Part shown: piece after piece, positions 18,615-28,273 of the stretch
How positions within the stretch are numbered: position 1 is the first letter of the stretch
Layout of the letters: each line of letters opens with the position of its first letter
Source of the DNA: an uncultured Acidobacteriota bacterium
GTDB taxonomy: Bacteria > Acidobacteriota > UBA6911 > RPQK01 > JAPXNP01
DNA: 64,000 bases
Reading direction: 5' to 3'
Assembly: GCA_963777605.1 (NCBI GenBank)
Contig: CAVZRV010000007.1
Location: 352,001-416,000, forward strand
Translations under genes and position numbers: made by a program
Notes under the pieces: model-generated
The model's input: only the letters and a program-made list of their open reading frames with translations
Told to the model about the DNA's origin: nothing
Database searches by the model: none

Positions 18615-20687
18615 TCAGGCCCGCCGCCTGCGGGCGGCCAATTTCTCGTGTGTCAGCACCTCGATAATCCGACCGCTGCCGGGCCGGGAAAGGTCCAGCC
18701 GGCGCTCTTCACGTTCCTCAGTCCCATCCTTCCTGAGTTCCACCTGGACAACCGGTCGAGAGAGATTCTTGGGATGGATTCCAACCACCCGGACGACCTC
18801 TCCGGAACTGAGCAACAGTATCTCATTAAACGGGAACAAGCTTACTGTCAGGGCAAGAGCGCGAACAACGGCCTGGTCGAATTCCCCGTCCCGGGACAGT
18901 TCGTAGAGAGCCTGGTAACCGGTCATGGGGTTTCGATAGGGGCGCGGATGGATGCAGGCTTCGAAGAAGTCAACCACACCGATCAGTTTGGCCTCCGGGC
19001 GAATCTGCTCTGATTTCAGCCCGAGCGGGTGACCGAGTCCATTTTCCCGCTCGAACACCTGGCCGACGATTTCGCTGACGACACCAAACTCCCCCTGGAG
19101 AACACGGGCAGAAAAGAGGGGCCGCTTGCGAAGAGTCTTCAACTCCGCCTCAGTCAGGGGAGTTTCCTTGAACACCAGCTTTTCGGGGAGCTTTACCACC
19201 CCGATCTCGTGGAACAACGCGGCCAGGCCGACCCGCTGCTGAAACTCACGGCTCCGCTGGCGGATCTGGGCAACTCGAATTGCCAGCACCGCCACGTTAA
19301 CGCTGTGGCTGCTAACCGCGAAACTTCGCTCCCGGTCGGCTGACTGGATGATCAACTGGTCCGAGGCTCCAGGCAGTTCGATCAGCCGGTCTACGAGTGC
19401 TTCAGCCCGTGCCAAGTACGGGACCCCACCGACCGCCGCCCTTCTGATCGAGCGAAGCACGAAATCCTGTGCCTCCTCATAAAGTGAATCGAATCGGCCC
19501 ACGTGTTCGGTTTCATCGAGGAAAGCAGACAGAAACGACTGGCGGGCAAAACTCGTGAATTCCTCTGCCTTGATCTTGTTTCCCGCTGGTTCAGCCAGAT
19601 CGACACCGAGCCGGGTGAGCAGTTCCGAGTCAAATTCCAAAGCCGTTTCAGGTTCTGCGACCGGAATATCTTCGGTCGTGTCCTGAGCCCAAACAGGCAG
19701 TGAGGTCGGCACAGCTTTCGACGAGTCTCCTCGTCCATCCGGTGCGACCGGTTCAACCTCTCGCTTGCCCAGACGGCGAAACTCGGAGCGGTACTGTTCC
19801 AGGGCTTCAAGGGCACTCGTGCGATCGAGTTCGACGACTTCGTCTTCTTCTTTAGCTGCCATCGCTACCATCCCGGTTGAGACGGGGGACACTTTCTTCG
19901 GCGCCGGGCCGCTCCGCTGAGGATGGAAATCGAGCAGGGAACCGCACTCGAGCGAACGCGCGGCGGCCACCTTCTCTTCCACCTCCAGTTCAGGCAGGTC
20001 AGCATCCGCCAGCGCCGCGGAGAGCCTCAGCCTTCGCTCAACCTGACTGAGGCAATCGGTAAACTCCGACATCAACTTTCGCATCCGTCCAAGCGACTCG
20101 CCCACCGCCTCCGGCGCTTCTTCCTCGGACGGCTCCTCACTTTTCGCGGCAAGCGTCTCCGCCTCTGCTACAACCTTGCGCAACGACTCCACCGCCCTCT
20201 CCTGCCTTTCCCCTGTCTTGCCGCGCTGGCGGGCCAGGTTCAGAAGGCCGATAACACGACTTTCAAACTCGGGAACCGAAATGGGCTTCTGGATGTAGTC
20301 GTTTGCGTAGGTTTCGTGGCCGATAAGCCGATCCGGGGTCTCCCCTCCCTCAACAAAGAACATGCAGGGGATGCTCTCGGTCGATTTATCCTCCCGCAGC
20401 TTCTGAACCAGCATGTAGCCGTCCATTTGCGGGAGATGCAATGAAACCAGAACCAACACCGGTCGATGCTTTCGGACGAGGGTCAGGGCCGACTTGCCGT
20501 CCTGCGCCGTGAGAACGTTGAAATTGAGATTCCTGAGGATTGAAGCCACATGGTCCAAGTCCGAAGGATTGGCCTCCGCGACAACGACCTCTCCCAGATC
20601 CTGCTTGTTCGTACGTCCCCCTCTCTCCCAGGATGACCCTGAGACCTCTCCATACCGGCGAAGCAGGAAACTATTCGTAAAGCTCAT
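18615..20687 (-). CDS. Receiver-like domain plus degenerate HD-GYP domain protein (start uncertain)
   Basis: REC fold (AQDGKSAL..P.LVLVSLHLPQMDG..DYIQKP) and C-terminal HSVNVA..ALFHEIG..GHPLGL..RPYR. Confidence 0.85.
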   Translation of the reverse strand: MSFTNSFLLRRYGEVSGSSWERGGRTNKQDLGEVVVAEANPSDLDHVASILRNLNFNVLTAQDGKSALTLVRKHRPVLVLVSLHLPQMDGYMLVQKLREDKSTESIPCMFFVEGGETPDRLIGHETYANDYIQKPISVPEFESRVIGLLNLARQRGKTGERQERAVESLRKVVAEAETLAAKSEEPSEEEAPEAVGESLGRMRKLMSEFTDCLSQVERRLRLSAALADADLPELEVEEKVAAARSLECGSLLDFHPQRSGPAPKKVSPVSTGMVAMAAKEEDEVVELDRTSALEALEQYRSEFRRLGKREVEPVAPDGRGDSSKAVPTSLPVWAQDTTEDIPVAEPETALEFDSELLTRLGVDLAEPAGNKIKAEEFTSFARQSFLSAFLDETEHVGRFDSLYEEAQDFVLRSIRRAAVGGVPYLARAEALVDRLIELPGASDQLIIQSADRERSFAVSSHSVNVAVLAIRVAQIRQRSREFQQRVGLAALFHEIGVVKLPEKLVFKETPLTEAELKTLRKRPLFSARVLQGEFGVVSEIVGQVFERENGLGHPLGLKSEQIRPEAKLIGVVDFFEACIHPRPYRNPMTGYQALYELSRDGEFDQAVVRALALTVSLFPFNEILLLSSGEVVRVVGIHPKNLSRPVVQVELRKDGTEEREERRLDLSRPGSGRIIEVLTHEKLAARRRRA

Positions 20688-20697
20688 ATCCAGGAAA

Positions 20698-21483
20698 TCA
20701 AACGACGTATTTAAATACGTCCCCATCAACGATCTTCATCTCGCGATTTGCCGATTCCAACAAACAAAGATCCGCCAGGTTGTTTATCCGGCGAGGCACG
20801 CCATTGGAAATCTTGTGAACCAGGTAGAGGGCCTCCTCGGTGAACAGTTCCCGTTTGCAGCCCGCAATTTTGAGGCGGTGCCGGACATAGGAGGCACTGT
20901 TCTGATGATCAAACCGGTGCAGATGCCATTTCACCGCGATTCTCTGATCAAGTTGGGGGTACAACATGATTTTCTCGCGAAGCTCAGGCTGCCCAACCAG
21001 AAGAACGTTAATCAAAAAGCGGTCTTCCAGCTGGATGTTCAAAATCAGCCGAAGTTCCTCAAAAACTTGGGGATCATCAATAATTTGGGCCTCATCGATA
21101 ATGAGTAAATTGATCCTTCCTCCCGTCACATTGTCGAAGAAAAACTGCGATAGATCCCGAAAGATTTCGATCCTTGGACGCTCTCCCGGATCCCGCCCAA
21201 ACTGGTGCGCCACCTCTCTCAAAAAGGTGGTCCGGTCGAAAAATGGATAATTGATAAGCGCGATTTCGTAATTGCTGAGGTCCAGCGAACTGATCAGGGT
21301 CCTGACCAGCACCGTCTTGCCACAGCCGTACTCGCCGCTGAGCATGGCGCAACCCTTCTCATTGTGAACGGCGTATTGCAGACGCGATAATCCCTCACGG
21401 TGGTTCTCGGAAGGGTAGAGAAACCGCCGATCAGGGGTGTTCTCAAAGGGCTTGTCGTTCAGATCCCAATATTCCAAATACAT
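20698..21483 (-). CDS. ExeA/GspA (MshM-like) AAA ATPase
   Basis: MYLEYWDL..KPF..TPD, Walker A GEYGCGKT, IIDEAQ, LVGQPEL and SNGVPRRIN. Confidence 0.93.
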   Translation of the reverse strand: MYLEYWDLNDKPFENTPDRRFLYPSENHREGLSRLQYAVHNEKGCAMLSGEYGCGKTVLVRTLISSLDLSNYEIALINYPFFDRTTFLREVAHQFGRDPGERPRIEIFRDLSQFFFDNVTGGRINLLIIDEAQIIDDPQVFEELRLILNIQLEDRFLINVLLVGQPELREKIMLYPQLDQRIAVKWHLHRFDHQNSASYVRHRLKIAGCKRELFTEEALYLVHKISNGVPRRINNLADLCLLESANREMKIVDGDVFKYVV

Positions 21484-21689
21484 CCGGCCCACTCCTGCCT
21501 GGATCCTCAGAAAATGGCCACTGCAGAGTCACACATTGCGCAACCGCAGTTATAGCACAGGCTTCTGTAAATCCATCTTTAAATGAAGAATGGGCTTCCT
21601 GGGCACCGCAGTCAACGCAAAATCCGGCGGGAAATTGTCCATCCATGGATCTCTTCCGCTACATCCTGAAGGCCGGCCTGAAACTCCGA

Positions 21690-22415
21690 TCAGTTACCGA
21701 CCCGCTTCACTTTTCCATCTCTGGTCAAGATGAAACCCTCCGGGAGCGATTCCTCAACTGCCGGACGGAATCCGCGTACACTCCACCCGTTCTCCATGAA
21801 AAATTCCAGGATCTGGTTCCGAACCCTGGGACGGTCTTCCGACCCGAGATAACATTCGAGGACGGCTTCCCTAGCCTCCTCTTCAGGACGACCCATCAGG
21901 TACTGTATCGCCGACAGTCGAACGTCGTCATCTTCGTCGTCAAGAAACTTGGCGACCGTCTCCTGGAGACTCGGAGAGGACAACTCGCCGAGCGCTCGCA
22001 ACAGTTGGGTCTTGGGTATCGGGCTGGCGGGGGGATTCTTCCAGAGAAACTCGAGAAGCGCCTGAAACTGCTCCGCCTGCTCTTCCGGACTCAAAATGTC
22101 CTGCAATGCCTTGGCCGGCCAGTAAACGAGCCTCTCGGTCTTGAGGTATTCCATCAAAGGCGGGATCGCCTCTTCTCCCAGCCCGACAAGCCAGCGGTGG
22201 ACCTGATGCTTCTCCTGCTCGTCCTGTACCGACGGGGAAACGCTGATAGTGTAGCGGTCCAGCAGTGCACGAATCGCGGGTTCCGTCCCCATCTCAAACA
22301 GGCGCTGGGCGGCATTCTGACGAACCGAGGCGTCGCCGTGCGGTTCCTTGACCTTCTTCCGCAAGCGTTCGATTTGTCGTTCAGGTGATCGTTGAAAAAG
22401 CGCCCATAAATCCAT
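21690..22415 (-). CDS. HEAT-repeat protein
   Basis: VRQNAAQRLFEMG..AIRALL, LGEEAIPPL and DEDDDVRLSAIQYL helical repeats. Confidence 0.8.
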   Translation of the reverse strand: MDLWALFQRSPERQIERLRKKVKEPHGDASVRQNAAQRLFEMGTEPAIRALLDRYTISVSPSVQDEQEKHQVHRWLVGLGEEAIPPLMEYLKTERLVYWPAKALQDILSPEEQAEQFQALLEFLWKNPPASPIPKTQLLRALGELSSPSLQETVAKFLDDEDDDVRLSAIQYLMGRPEEEAREAVLECYLGSEDRPRVRNQILEFFMENGWSVRGFRPAVEESLPEGFILTRDGKVKRVGN

Positions 22416-22675
22416 TCAGGAGTCCTTGATCGATCTAGTCTCTCGAGTCGAAAATTGGCACACAGGTGCATGCAGATTTCCGACTCGCGACACTAGCCAA
22501 CTGTACACAGTTCACGCCAAATATTCAATCACTTTCGGGCTGTTCCACCCTCACGATCTTGATCGTTAAACATTATCAGCAAAAGAGTTGCAGCTCGTGT
22601 TTACACCTGATCATTTACAAGGAAATACACTCTCTGCACAGGCTTTCCGGGGCCTGAGAGAGATATCATAAACCT

Positions 22676-23659
22676 ATGAAAGCGATCGCGATCACGGAAC
22701 CCGGAGAGGCAAATGTCCTGCAAATGAGAACGTTTCCCGATCCTGAGCCCAAAAGGGGAGACCTATCCATCCAGGTCAAGGCAACCGGCATCAACCGGGC
22801 TGATCTCCTCCAAAGACGAGGGTTTTACCCCCCGCCGGCGGGTATCGAACCATCCATCCCGGGACTGGAGGTGGCCGGAATCGTAGACCGTTCGGAGGAT
22901 CCCAGTGGACGCTTCAAACCGGGTGACCGGGTAATGGCCCTCGTGGGTGGAGCAGGATATGCCGAGAAGATCTCGGTGCCTGCGGCGCACTGCCTCAAAA
23001 TCCCGGAGCTGCTCTCGTTTGCAGAGGCAGCGGCAATTCCAGAAGTCTTCCTGACCGCCTACGATGCATTGTTCAGACAGCTTGAGATTTCCCTCGGCGA
23101 GTCCCTCCTGATCCACGCTGTTGGCAGCGGTGTCGGGACTGCTGCGCTCCAGCTCGCCCGGGTTGCCGGAGTCCAGGTTGTCGGGACCAGCAGGAACTCC
23201 GGCAAGATCGAACGAGCCGGCCAACTCGGCCTGACCAAGGGAGTCACAACAAGCGATTCGGATTGGCCGGCGCGAGTCCGAGCGGCAACGCCGCAAGTGG
23301 GAGTCAACGCAATTCTGGACCTCGTCGGAGCCGCATATTGGAAAGAGAACCTGGATCTGCTGGCTCCCCTGGGCAGGATGATCATCGTCGGCCTGGTTTC
23401 GGGTTCGCGAGTTGATGCCGACCTTTCGACGCTCCTGCGCAAGCGGTTGCGTCTCCTCGGTACAGCCTTACGTTCCCGAACGGTCGAAGAGAAAGGCGAG
23501 CTGATCTCCGAGTTCGGCAACCGTTGCCTTCCCTTGTTCCAGTCTGGAACCATCCGACCGGTCCTGGACCAGGTTTTTCCATGGGACAAAGTTGTCGAGG
23601 CTCACGACTGCGTGGAGAGCAACCGAAACTTTGGAAAGATCGTTCTTGCCGTCGAGTAG
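22676..23659 (+). CDS. NAD(P)H-quinone oxidoreductase, PIG3 family
   Basis: GINRADLLQRRGFYPPP, PGLEVAG, AAAIPEVFLTA and GKIVL. Confidence 0.93.
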   Translation: MKAIAITEPGEANVLQMRTFPDPEPKRGDLSIQVKATGINRADLLQRRGFYPPPAGIEPSIPGLEVAGIVDRSEDPSGRFKPGDRVMALVGGAGYAEKISVPAAHCLKIPELLSFAEAAAIPEVFLTAYDALFRQLEISLGESLLIHAVGSGVGTAALQLARVAGVQVVGTSRNSGKIERAGQLGLTKGVTTSDSDWPARVRAATPQVGVNAILDLVGAAYWKENLDLLAPLGRMIIVGLVSGSRVDADLSTLLRKRLRLLGTALRSRTVEEKGELISEFGNRCLPLFQSGTIRPVLDQVFPWDKVVEAHDCVESNRNFGKIVLAVE

Positions 23660-23700
23660 AACGGATACCGGGCCTCCACGTTTGCTATGATCCTTCGACG

Positions 23701-25110
23701 ATGTTGAATAGAGGAGATCTCATCGAGGTCACAATCGAATCGTCGGCTTTCGAGGGAACGACTGTTGCCCGGTTGGACGGCCTGGTGGTGTTCGTACCGT
23801 TTGGCGTGCCCGGAGACCGAGTTCAGGCCCGGATCGTCCGCAAGCGAAGAAAATATCTCGAAGCGGTGATCGAGTCCGTTCTCGAACCCTCTCCGCTCCG
23901 GCGCGAGCCGCGCTGCATCCATTTCGGGACGTGCGGGGGATGCCGGCTCCAGAACCTGGAGTACGATCGGCAACTGGAGTTCAAAGGCGAACAGGTTGGA
24001 TCTCTCCTGGAACGCATCGGCGGTCTAAGCAACCCTCCGCTGCTCCCGGTCCTGCCTTCGCCGCGGGAGTACCACTATCGGAACAAGATGGAGTTTTCCT
24101 TTGGGAACAGCCGCTGGCTGACCCGCGAGGAGATTGCCTCTCGGGAGGATCTGCAGCGGGACTTCGCCCTCGGGCTGCACGTCCCTGGTCGCTTCGACAA
24201 GATCCTGGATCTCCACGAGTGCTACCTTCAGGACGAGTTTTCCATCAATTTGGTCAATCGACTGCGGACACTTGCACTGGAGCGGGGTTGGGCGCCTTAC
24301 GACACCATTCATAACACCGGCTACCTGAGGAACCTGGTTATTCGCGTCGGTCAAAACACCAGTCAGGTCATGGTTGTGGTCGTAACCACGTCGCATGAGC
24401 CCGACCGGATGGCACGGATAGTCGAACTGATCAGGGAAGTCATCCCCTCGGTCACCACCGTCGTCAACAGTGTGAACAGTGGCCGGTCCCCGGTTGCCGC
24501 GGGAGAAGAGATCGTCTGCCTCGGCGAAGGCTTTATCCACGAACGGATCCGTGACCGACTCTTTCAGGTCACGCCGACCGCCTTTTTCCAGCCCAACACT
24601 CTCCAGGCCGAACGGCTGATGGGAACGATCCTGGACTACAGCACCTCGTCTGACTCCCGAGGTCTGATGTTCGATCTCTTTTGCGGACTCGGGACGATTG
24701 GACTCATCCTGGCCGATCACTTCGACCAGATCTTTGGTATTGAAAGCCACCCCGAATCGATTCGCCTGGCCCGAATCAACTCGCAACTCAACCAGGTCCG
24801 AAACGCCCATTTCGTGCAAGGCGACGCCGCCCAGGCGCTTCGGCCGGATTCACTTCGCCAGACCGGCGTACCGGACGTTCTCGTACTCGACCCCCCCCGG
24901 GCCGGGCTCCATCAGGATGTCGTCTCCGGTGTTCTGAAATGCGAACCACGCCGGATCGTCTACACGAGCTGCAACCCTGCGACTCTGGCCAGGGACCTCA
25001 AACTGCTCAGTGAAAGCTATGAGGTCGAAGCGGTCCAACCTATCGACATGTTTCCTCAGACCTATCACATTGAGTGCGTCACGGCACTGCGGTTGCGGAA
25101 GCAGCAATAG
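23701..25110 (+). CDS. rlmD: 23S rRNA (uracil1939-C5)-methyltransferase
   Basis: TRAM domain, C..FGTCGGC Fe-S motif, FFQPN, DPPRAG, SCNPATLARD and DMFPQTYHIE. Confidence 0.93.
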   Translation: MLNRGDLIEVTIESSAFEGTTVARLDGLVVFVPFGVPGDRVQARIVRKRRKYLEAVIESVLEPSPLRREPRCIHFGTCGGCRLQNLEYDRQLEFKGEQVGSLLERIGGLSNPPLLPVLPSPREYHYRNKMEFSFGNSRWLTREEIASREDLQRDFALGLHVPGRFDKILDLHECYLQDEFSINLVNRLRTLALERGWAPYDTIHNTGYLRNLVIRVGQNTSQVMVVVVTTSHEPDRMARIVELIREVIPSVTTVVNSVNSGRSPVAAGEEIVCLGEGFIHERIRDRLFQVTPTAFFQPNTLQAERLMGTILDYSTSSDSRGLMFDLFCGLGTIGLILADHFDQIFGIESHPESIRLARINSQLNQVRNAHFVQGDAAQALRPDSLRQTGVPDVLVLDPPRAGLHQDVVSGVLKCEPRRIVYTSCNPATLARDLKLLSESYEVEAVQPIDMFPQTYHIECVTALRLRKQQ

Positions 25111-25171
25111 GCAGGAAAGCAGGAATCCCAGGAGCACCCGTGAGTCGCAGAGCTGCGACGACAGCTGGGGT

Positions 25172-25732
25172 CTAAGGATTGAGCCAGGGCTTCAGCTCCT
25201 CTTCCAGCAATGCCTTGCTGTAGGCGGCTCCCTTTTTCAGGCCCCGGTTCTGAAGCCAGAACGTCGGTTCGGGAAGGTTGCTCTTCCACACCAGACCCGG
25301 CTTGTAGAAAACGAACATGTCCCAGGCTTCGAGCGTGGGAATTCCAAACTCTTCCGAATAGACCCGACTCCCGAACCTCCAGAGGTCCCAGAAGTGGACC
25401 GCCCGGCGATCGGGAAGATAAACCGACGCCCGCTGAGCCGTTGCCTGGCTGTCACTGTGCAGATAAGGCGCCCAGAGCAGGAACACCTGAATCGGGGCCG
25501 AGGGATACTTGATCAGAATTTCCTGAATTTCAGAACACGCCTGAAGACAGTGCCCTCAGGTCGGAGACATGACCGCAACCAGGCGAGGCTGATTCGAAGC
25601 TGCGTTGAAGGCATCCTTCAATCCCCGGGCGTCGAAAGCCAGCGGTGTGACCGGCAATTCCGCCAGATATTGTGCAGACAACACACTGAAAAGGCACGCC
25701 AGACTTACGAGAGAGATCAAGAACCTGCGCAT
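25172..25732 (-). CDS. Secreted thioredoxin-fold probable selenoprotein with U-x-x-C motif (TGA at 25556-25558)
   Basis: ATG 25732 gives MRRFLISLVSLACLFSVLSA..LKDAFNAASNQPRLVAVMSPT*GHCLQACSEIQEIL..VFLLWAPYL..HFWD..AWDMFVFY. ORFs 25556..25933 and 25172..25486 are in the same frame and separated only by this TGA. Confidence 0.88.
25529..25555 (-). promoter_or_regulatory. Candidate bacterial SECIS element
   Basis: After the TGA: GGGCACTGTC, then the hairpin TTCAGG-CGTGT-TCTGAA. The loop starts after a 16-nt spacer and has G in position 2. Confidence 0.45.
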
Positions 25733-25775
25733 TATTTTAAACAAGGATACTGAATCTGGAAATTGCAGTTCAAGA

Positions 25776-25955
25776 TTCGTCGCCCCCTCGGAACTTCCAC
25801 GCGTGAAAGCGGTGGTGTACGACGCCGATCCCAACGCCTTCCTCGTCGTCAATCCAACCGAGGAGGTGCTTGGGGGCGGATTTGGGGATCTTCGTCCCAA
25901 GTGGAGAAAGAAGATGACGAAGAAGCCGGACAAAGACTCCGAGCGGTCCGAATGA
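25776..25955 (+). pseudogene. Orphan C-terminal fragment of a YitT/DUF2179-type protein
   Basis: FVAPSELPRVKAVVYDADPNAFLVVNPTEEVLGGGF resembles the DUF2179 end (..L..IV.EIDPNAF......EV.G.GF). There is no room for the TM part upstream. Confidence 0.6.
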
Positions 25956-26008
25956 ACAAATTCTCCTCCCGTTTCGTACAGATTAGTTAGAGAAACGGAG
26001 GAAATGGG

Positions 26009-26284
26009 ATGGGAGAACTGGCACTGCTCTTTGGCGTGATGGTTTTCGTCGGCATCGTAGTGGTTTTGGTCAAACTTGGCCTGCTTCTGGTATTCGTGCC
26101 ACTGAAGATCGGATTCGTACTTGTGAAACTGGTGCTGTTGATCGTTCTGGGACTACCGCTCATGGCAATCGGGCTTGCCTTGCTGGTCGCAGCGGTGCCG
26201 GTTGCCCTGGTCGCAGTTCCAGTCGTTGCTGTCCTGGCACTGCTCGCGCTGCCCTTCGTGCTGGTACTGAAGCTGGTCTTTTGA
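26009..26284 (+). CDS. Small, extremely hydrophobic membrane protein
   Basis: RBS GGAGG upstream; 91 aa almost entirely V/L/A/G/F/P. Confidence 0.75.
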   Translation: MGELALLFGVMVFVGIVVVLVKLGLLLVFVPLKIGFVLVKLVLLIVLGLPLMAIGLALLVAAVPVALVAVPVVAVLALLALPFVLVLKLVF

Positions 26285-26287
26285 AGA

Positions 26288-27427
26288 TCAGCGGACCGCC
26301 AGGTCAATGATGTCGCTCAAGACCCCGGCCGCAGTGGCAGGAACACCCGCTCCTCTCCCCTGGATGACCAGAGGGTGGGGATCGTAAAGACGAGTGTATA
26401 TTTCAATCAGGTTGTCGTTTCCCCTCAGCCGACCCAGCGGAGTTTCCAGAGCAACTTCTTCCGGGCCGACCCGACACTTGCCGTTCTCAATCACGGCCGC
26501 GTAGCGAAGAACCCGGCCATGCTTTTGAGCGGATCGGACCCGCACCGAGAAGTACTCATCAAGGTCCCCGGTACGGGCAAGGAACTCGTTCACGGGGAGA
26601 TTGTCGAGTTCTCCGGGCAACAAACCCCTCACTTCAACATCAGCGAGATTGAGTTGCCAGCCGATCACCCGCGCCAGGATCAGGCTCTTGCGGGCCACGT
26701 CGGTGCCCGCCAGATCTTCCCGCGGATCGGGTTCGGTGAATCCCGCTTCATAAGCCTGGCGGATCAAACGGCTGAATGGGACTCCCTCCTGGAGGCGGGT
26801 CATCAGGAAACCCAGGGTGCCGCTGAAAGTGCCGGCGATTCGCTGGACCTCGTCACCACTCGCCATGATTCGGGAAAGCGCTACCATGATCGGCAGACAG
26901 GATCCAACGGTGGTTTCCCACCGACAGGCCGTCGGATCACCGGTGAGCGCCTGGAAGAGAGACAGGTCGCCTGCCAGCGGCTTCTTATTGGCCAGCACCA
27001 CGCGTCCCGCGCGCGCCAGGGAATCCAGCAGAGCGGGAGCCGTATCGGAGCTGGCGGTTGCATCCACCAAGATCGAGCCCGGACCGATAAATTGGGCGAC
27101 CAGTTGCATGCCGCCCGGGTGCGGAACGGCTCCGGGTTGCTCAAGAAACGCACGGCCCTTCAGCTTCCCCTCGATCAGGGATCGAATCACCTCATCCGAA
27201 ACCGGCAAATCTCCCTGCCCAGCGAGGTATCCTTCGCTGCCGGCGATACAGACCAGATCAAGCGTCAGATTGAACCGATGGAGGTGGAAATCACGATTCT
27301 CGAGGATATGTCGAAGCAGCGCCCGACCGACTCCTCCAACGCCCAAAAGGACCAGAGGAACCCTCCGCACACCCCCGACCGATGACGGCCGACTTGCCGT
27401 GAGAAACTTAAGTTCCTGTTCCATCAA
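26288..27427 (-). CDS. Homoserine dehydrogenase (stand-alone, ThrA/MetL-type domain)
   Basis: GVGGVG, ANKKP, ETTVG, FSGTLGF, GFTEPDPREDL.G.DVARK and GAG..TAAGV. Confidence 0.92.
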   Translation of the reverse strand: MMEQELKFLTASRPSSVGGVRRVPLVLLGVGGVGRALLRHILENRDFHLHRFNLTLDLVCIAGSEGYLAGQGDLPVSDEVIRSLIEGKLKGRAFLEQPGAVPHPGGMQLVAQFIGPGSILVDATASSDTAPALLDSLARAGRVVLANKKPLAGDLSLFQALTGDPTACRWETTVGSCLPIMVALSRIMASGDEVQRIAGTFSGTLGFLMTRLQEGVPFSRLIRQAYEAGFTEPDPREDLAGTDVARKSLILARVIGWQLNLADVEVRGLLPGELDNLPVNEFLARTGDLDEYFSVRVRSAQKHGRVLRYAAVIENGKCRVGPEEVALETPLGRLRGNDNLIEIYTRLYDPHPLVIQGRGAGVPATAAGVLSDIIDLAVR

Positions 27428-27520
27428 ACCGTCTCAGCCCAACGGTGTGCATTTGTATCACAAACCAGACAAACAAAGCTTCGGGTTCCGGACAATGCTC
27501 AATGTGATAAGTTAACCGGA

Positions 27521-28147
27521 ATGAACATTCGGAGCACTTTGGGCCCCTTTGTTACATTGTCGCTTACCCTGCTTGTCTCCTGCTCTTCCGGAACAACAGC
27601 CAGCCCCCCAACTACCGAACTCGATGTTCTTTACGACGCTCCTGCTTTCCAGTTCACCGACAGCACGGGAGCCCAGGTAAGTCGCGATTCCCTCAAAGGT
27701 CGGGTGTGGATCGTCGATTTCATCTTTACACGGTGCGGTGGACCCTGCCCCCTGATGACCCAACGGATGCACAAGCTGCAGGGACTCCTGGCCGAGAAAG
27801 GCTATTCGGGAGACGCATCACCGGTCGTGTTGGTCTCCATCACCGTTGATCCCGAATACGACACGCCTCCGGTCCTGGCGGACTATGCCAAGCTCTGGGG
27901 AGCGGACACCTCGAATTGGCACTTCCTCACGGGCCCTCCGGAGATCGTCCTCCAGACCGTCCGTGAAGGCTTCAAGGTAACAGCCTCGAGGGAAGGTTCC
28001 GGTACCGACATGCCAGATATCCTCCACAGCACCAACTTCCTGCTCGTGGACCAGGAAGGGCGGATCCGGCGGATTGGCCACCTCGACGAAGAAGATCTCG
28101 AGCCGTCCCTGGTGGCAGACGCGGCAAAACTCCTCAACGCCTCCTGA
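27521..28147 (+). CDS. SCO1/SenC family copper chaperone lipoprotein
   Basis: Lipobox LVSC, FIFTRCGGPCP, VDPEYDTP, WHFLTG and HS..F.LVD. Confidence 0.94.
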   Translation: MNIRSTLGPFVTLSLTLLVSCSSGTTASPPTTELDVLYDAPAFQFTDSTGAQVSRDSLKGRVWIVDFIFTRCGGPCPLMTQRMHKLQGLLAEKGYSGDASPVVLVSITVDPEYDTPPVLADYAKLWGADTSNWHFLTGPPEIVLQTVREGFKVTASREGSGTDMPDILHSTNFLLVDQEGRIRRIGHLDEEDLEPSLVADAAKLLNAS

Positions 28148-28273
28148 GAAAGCATCCTCTTTCAAAGAGGTTCCTGCTTCAACAGGTCTGGCCCGCGATG
28201 GGACTCGGCGGTATGCTAGATACCGTCATGAGATGGTTCTCGTACTGCACTCAGCTCGACATGAGAGGTGACC

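Noticed and set aside
22456-22470. Sigma54-like TGGCAC...TGCA site
   Set aside because: GG-to-GC spacing is 9 nt rather than the required 10
2381-25732. Genome-wide TGA reassignment (to Trp or Gly) as the explanation for the in-frame TGAs
   Set aside because: TGA terminates many genes normally here (HNH, tonB, gdhB, SPFH), Trp is encoded by TGG, and both internal TGAs sit at Cys-type motif positions
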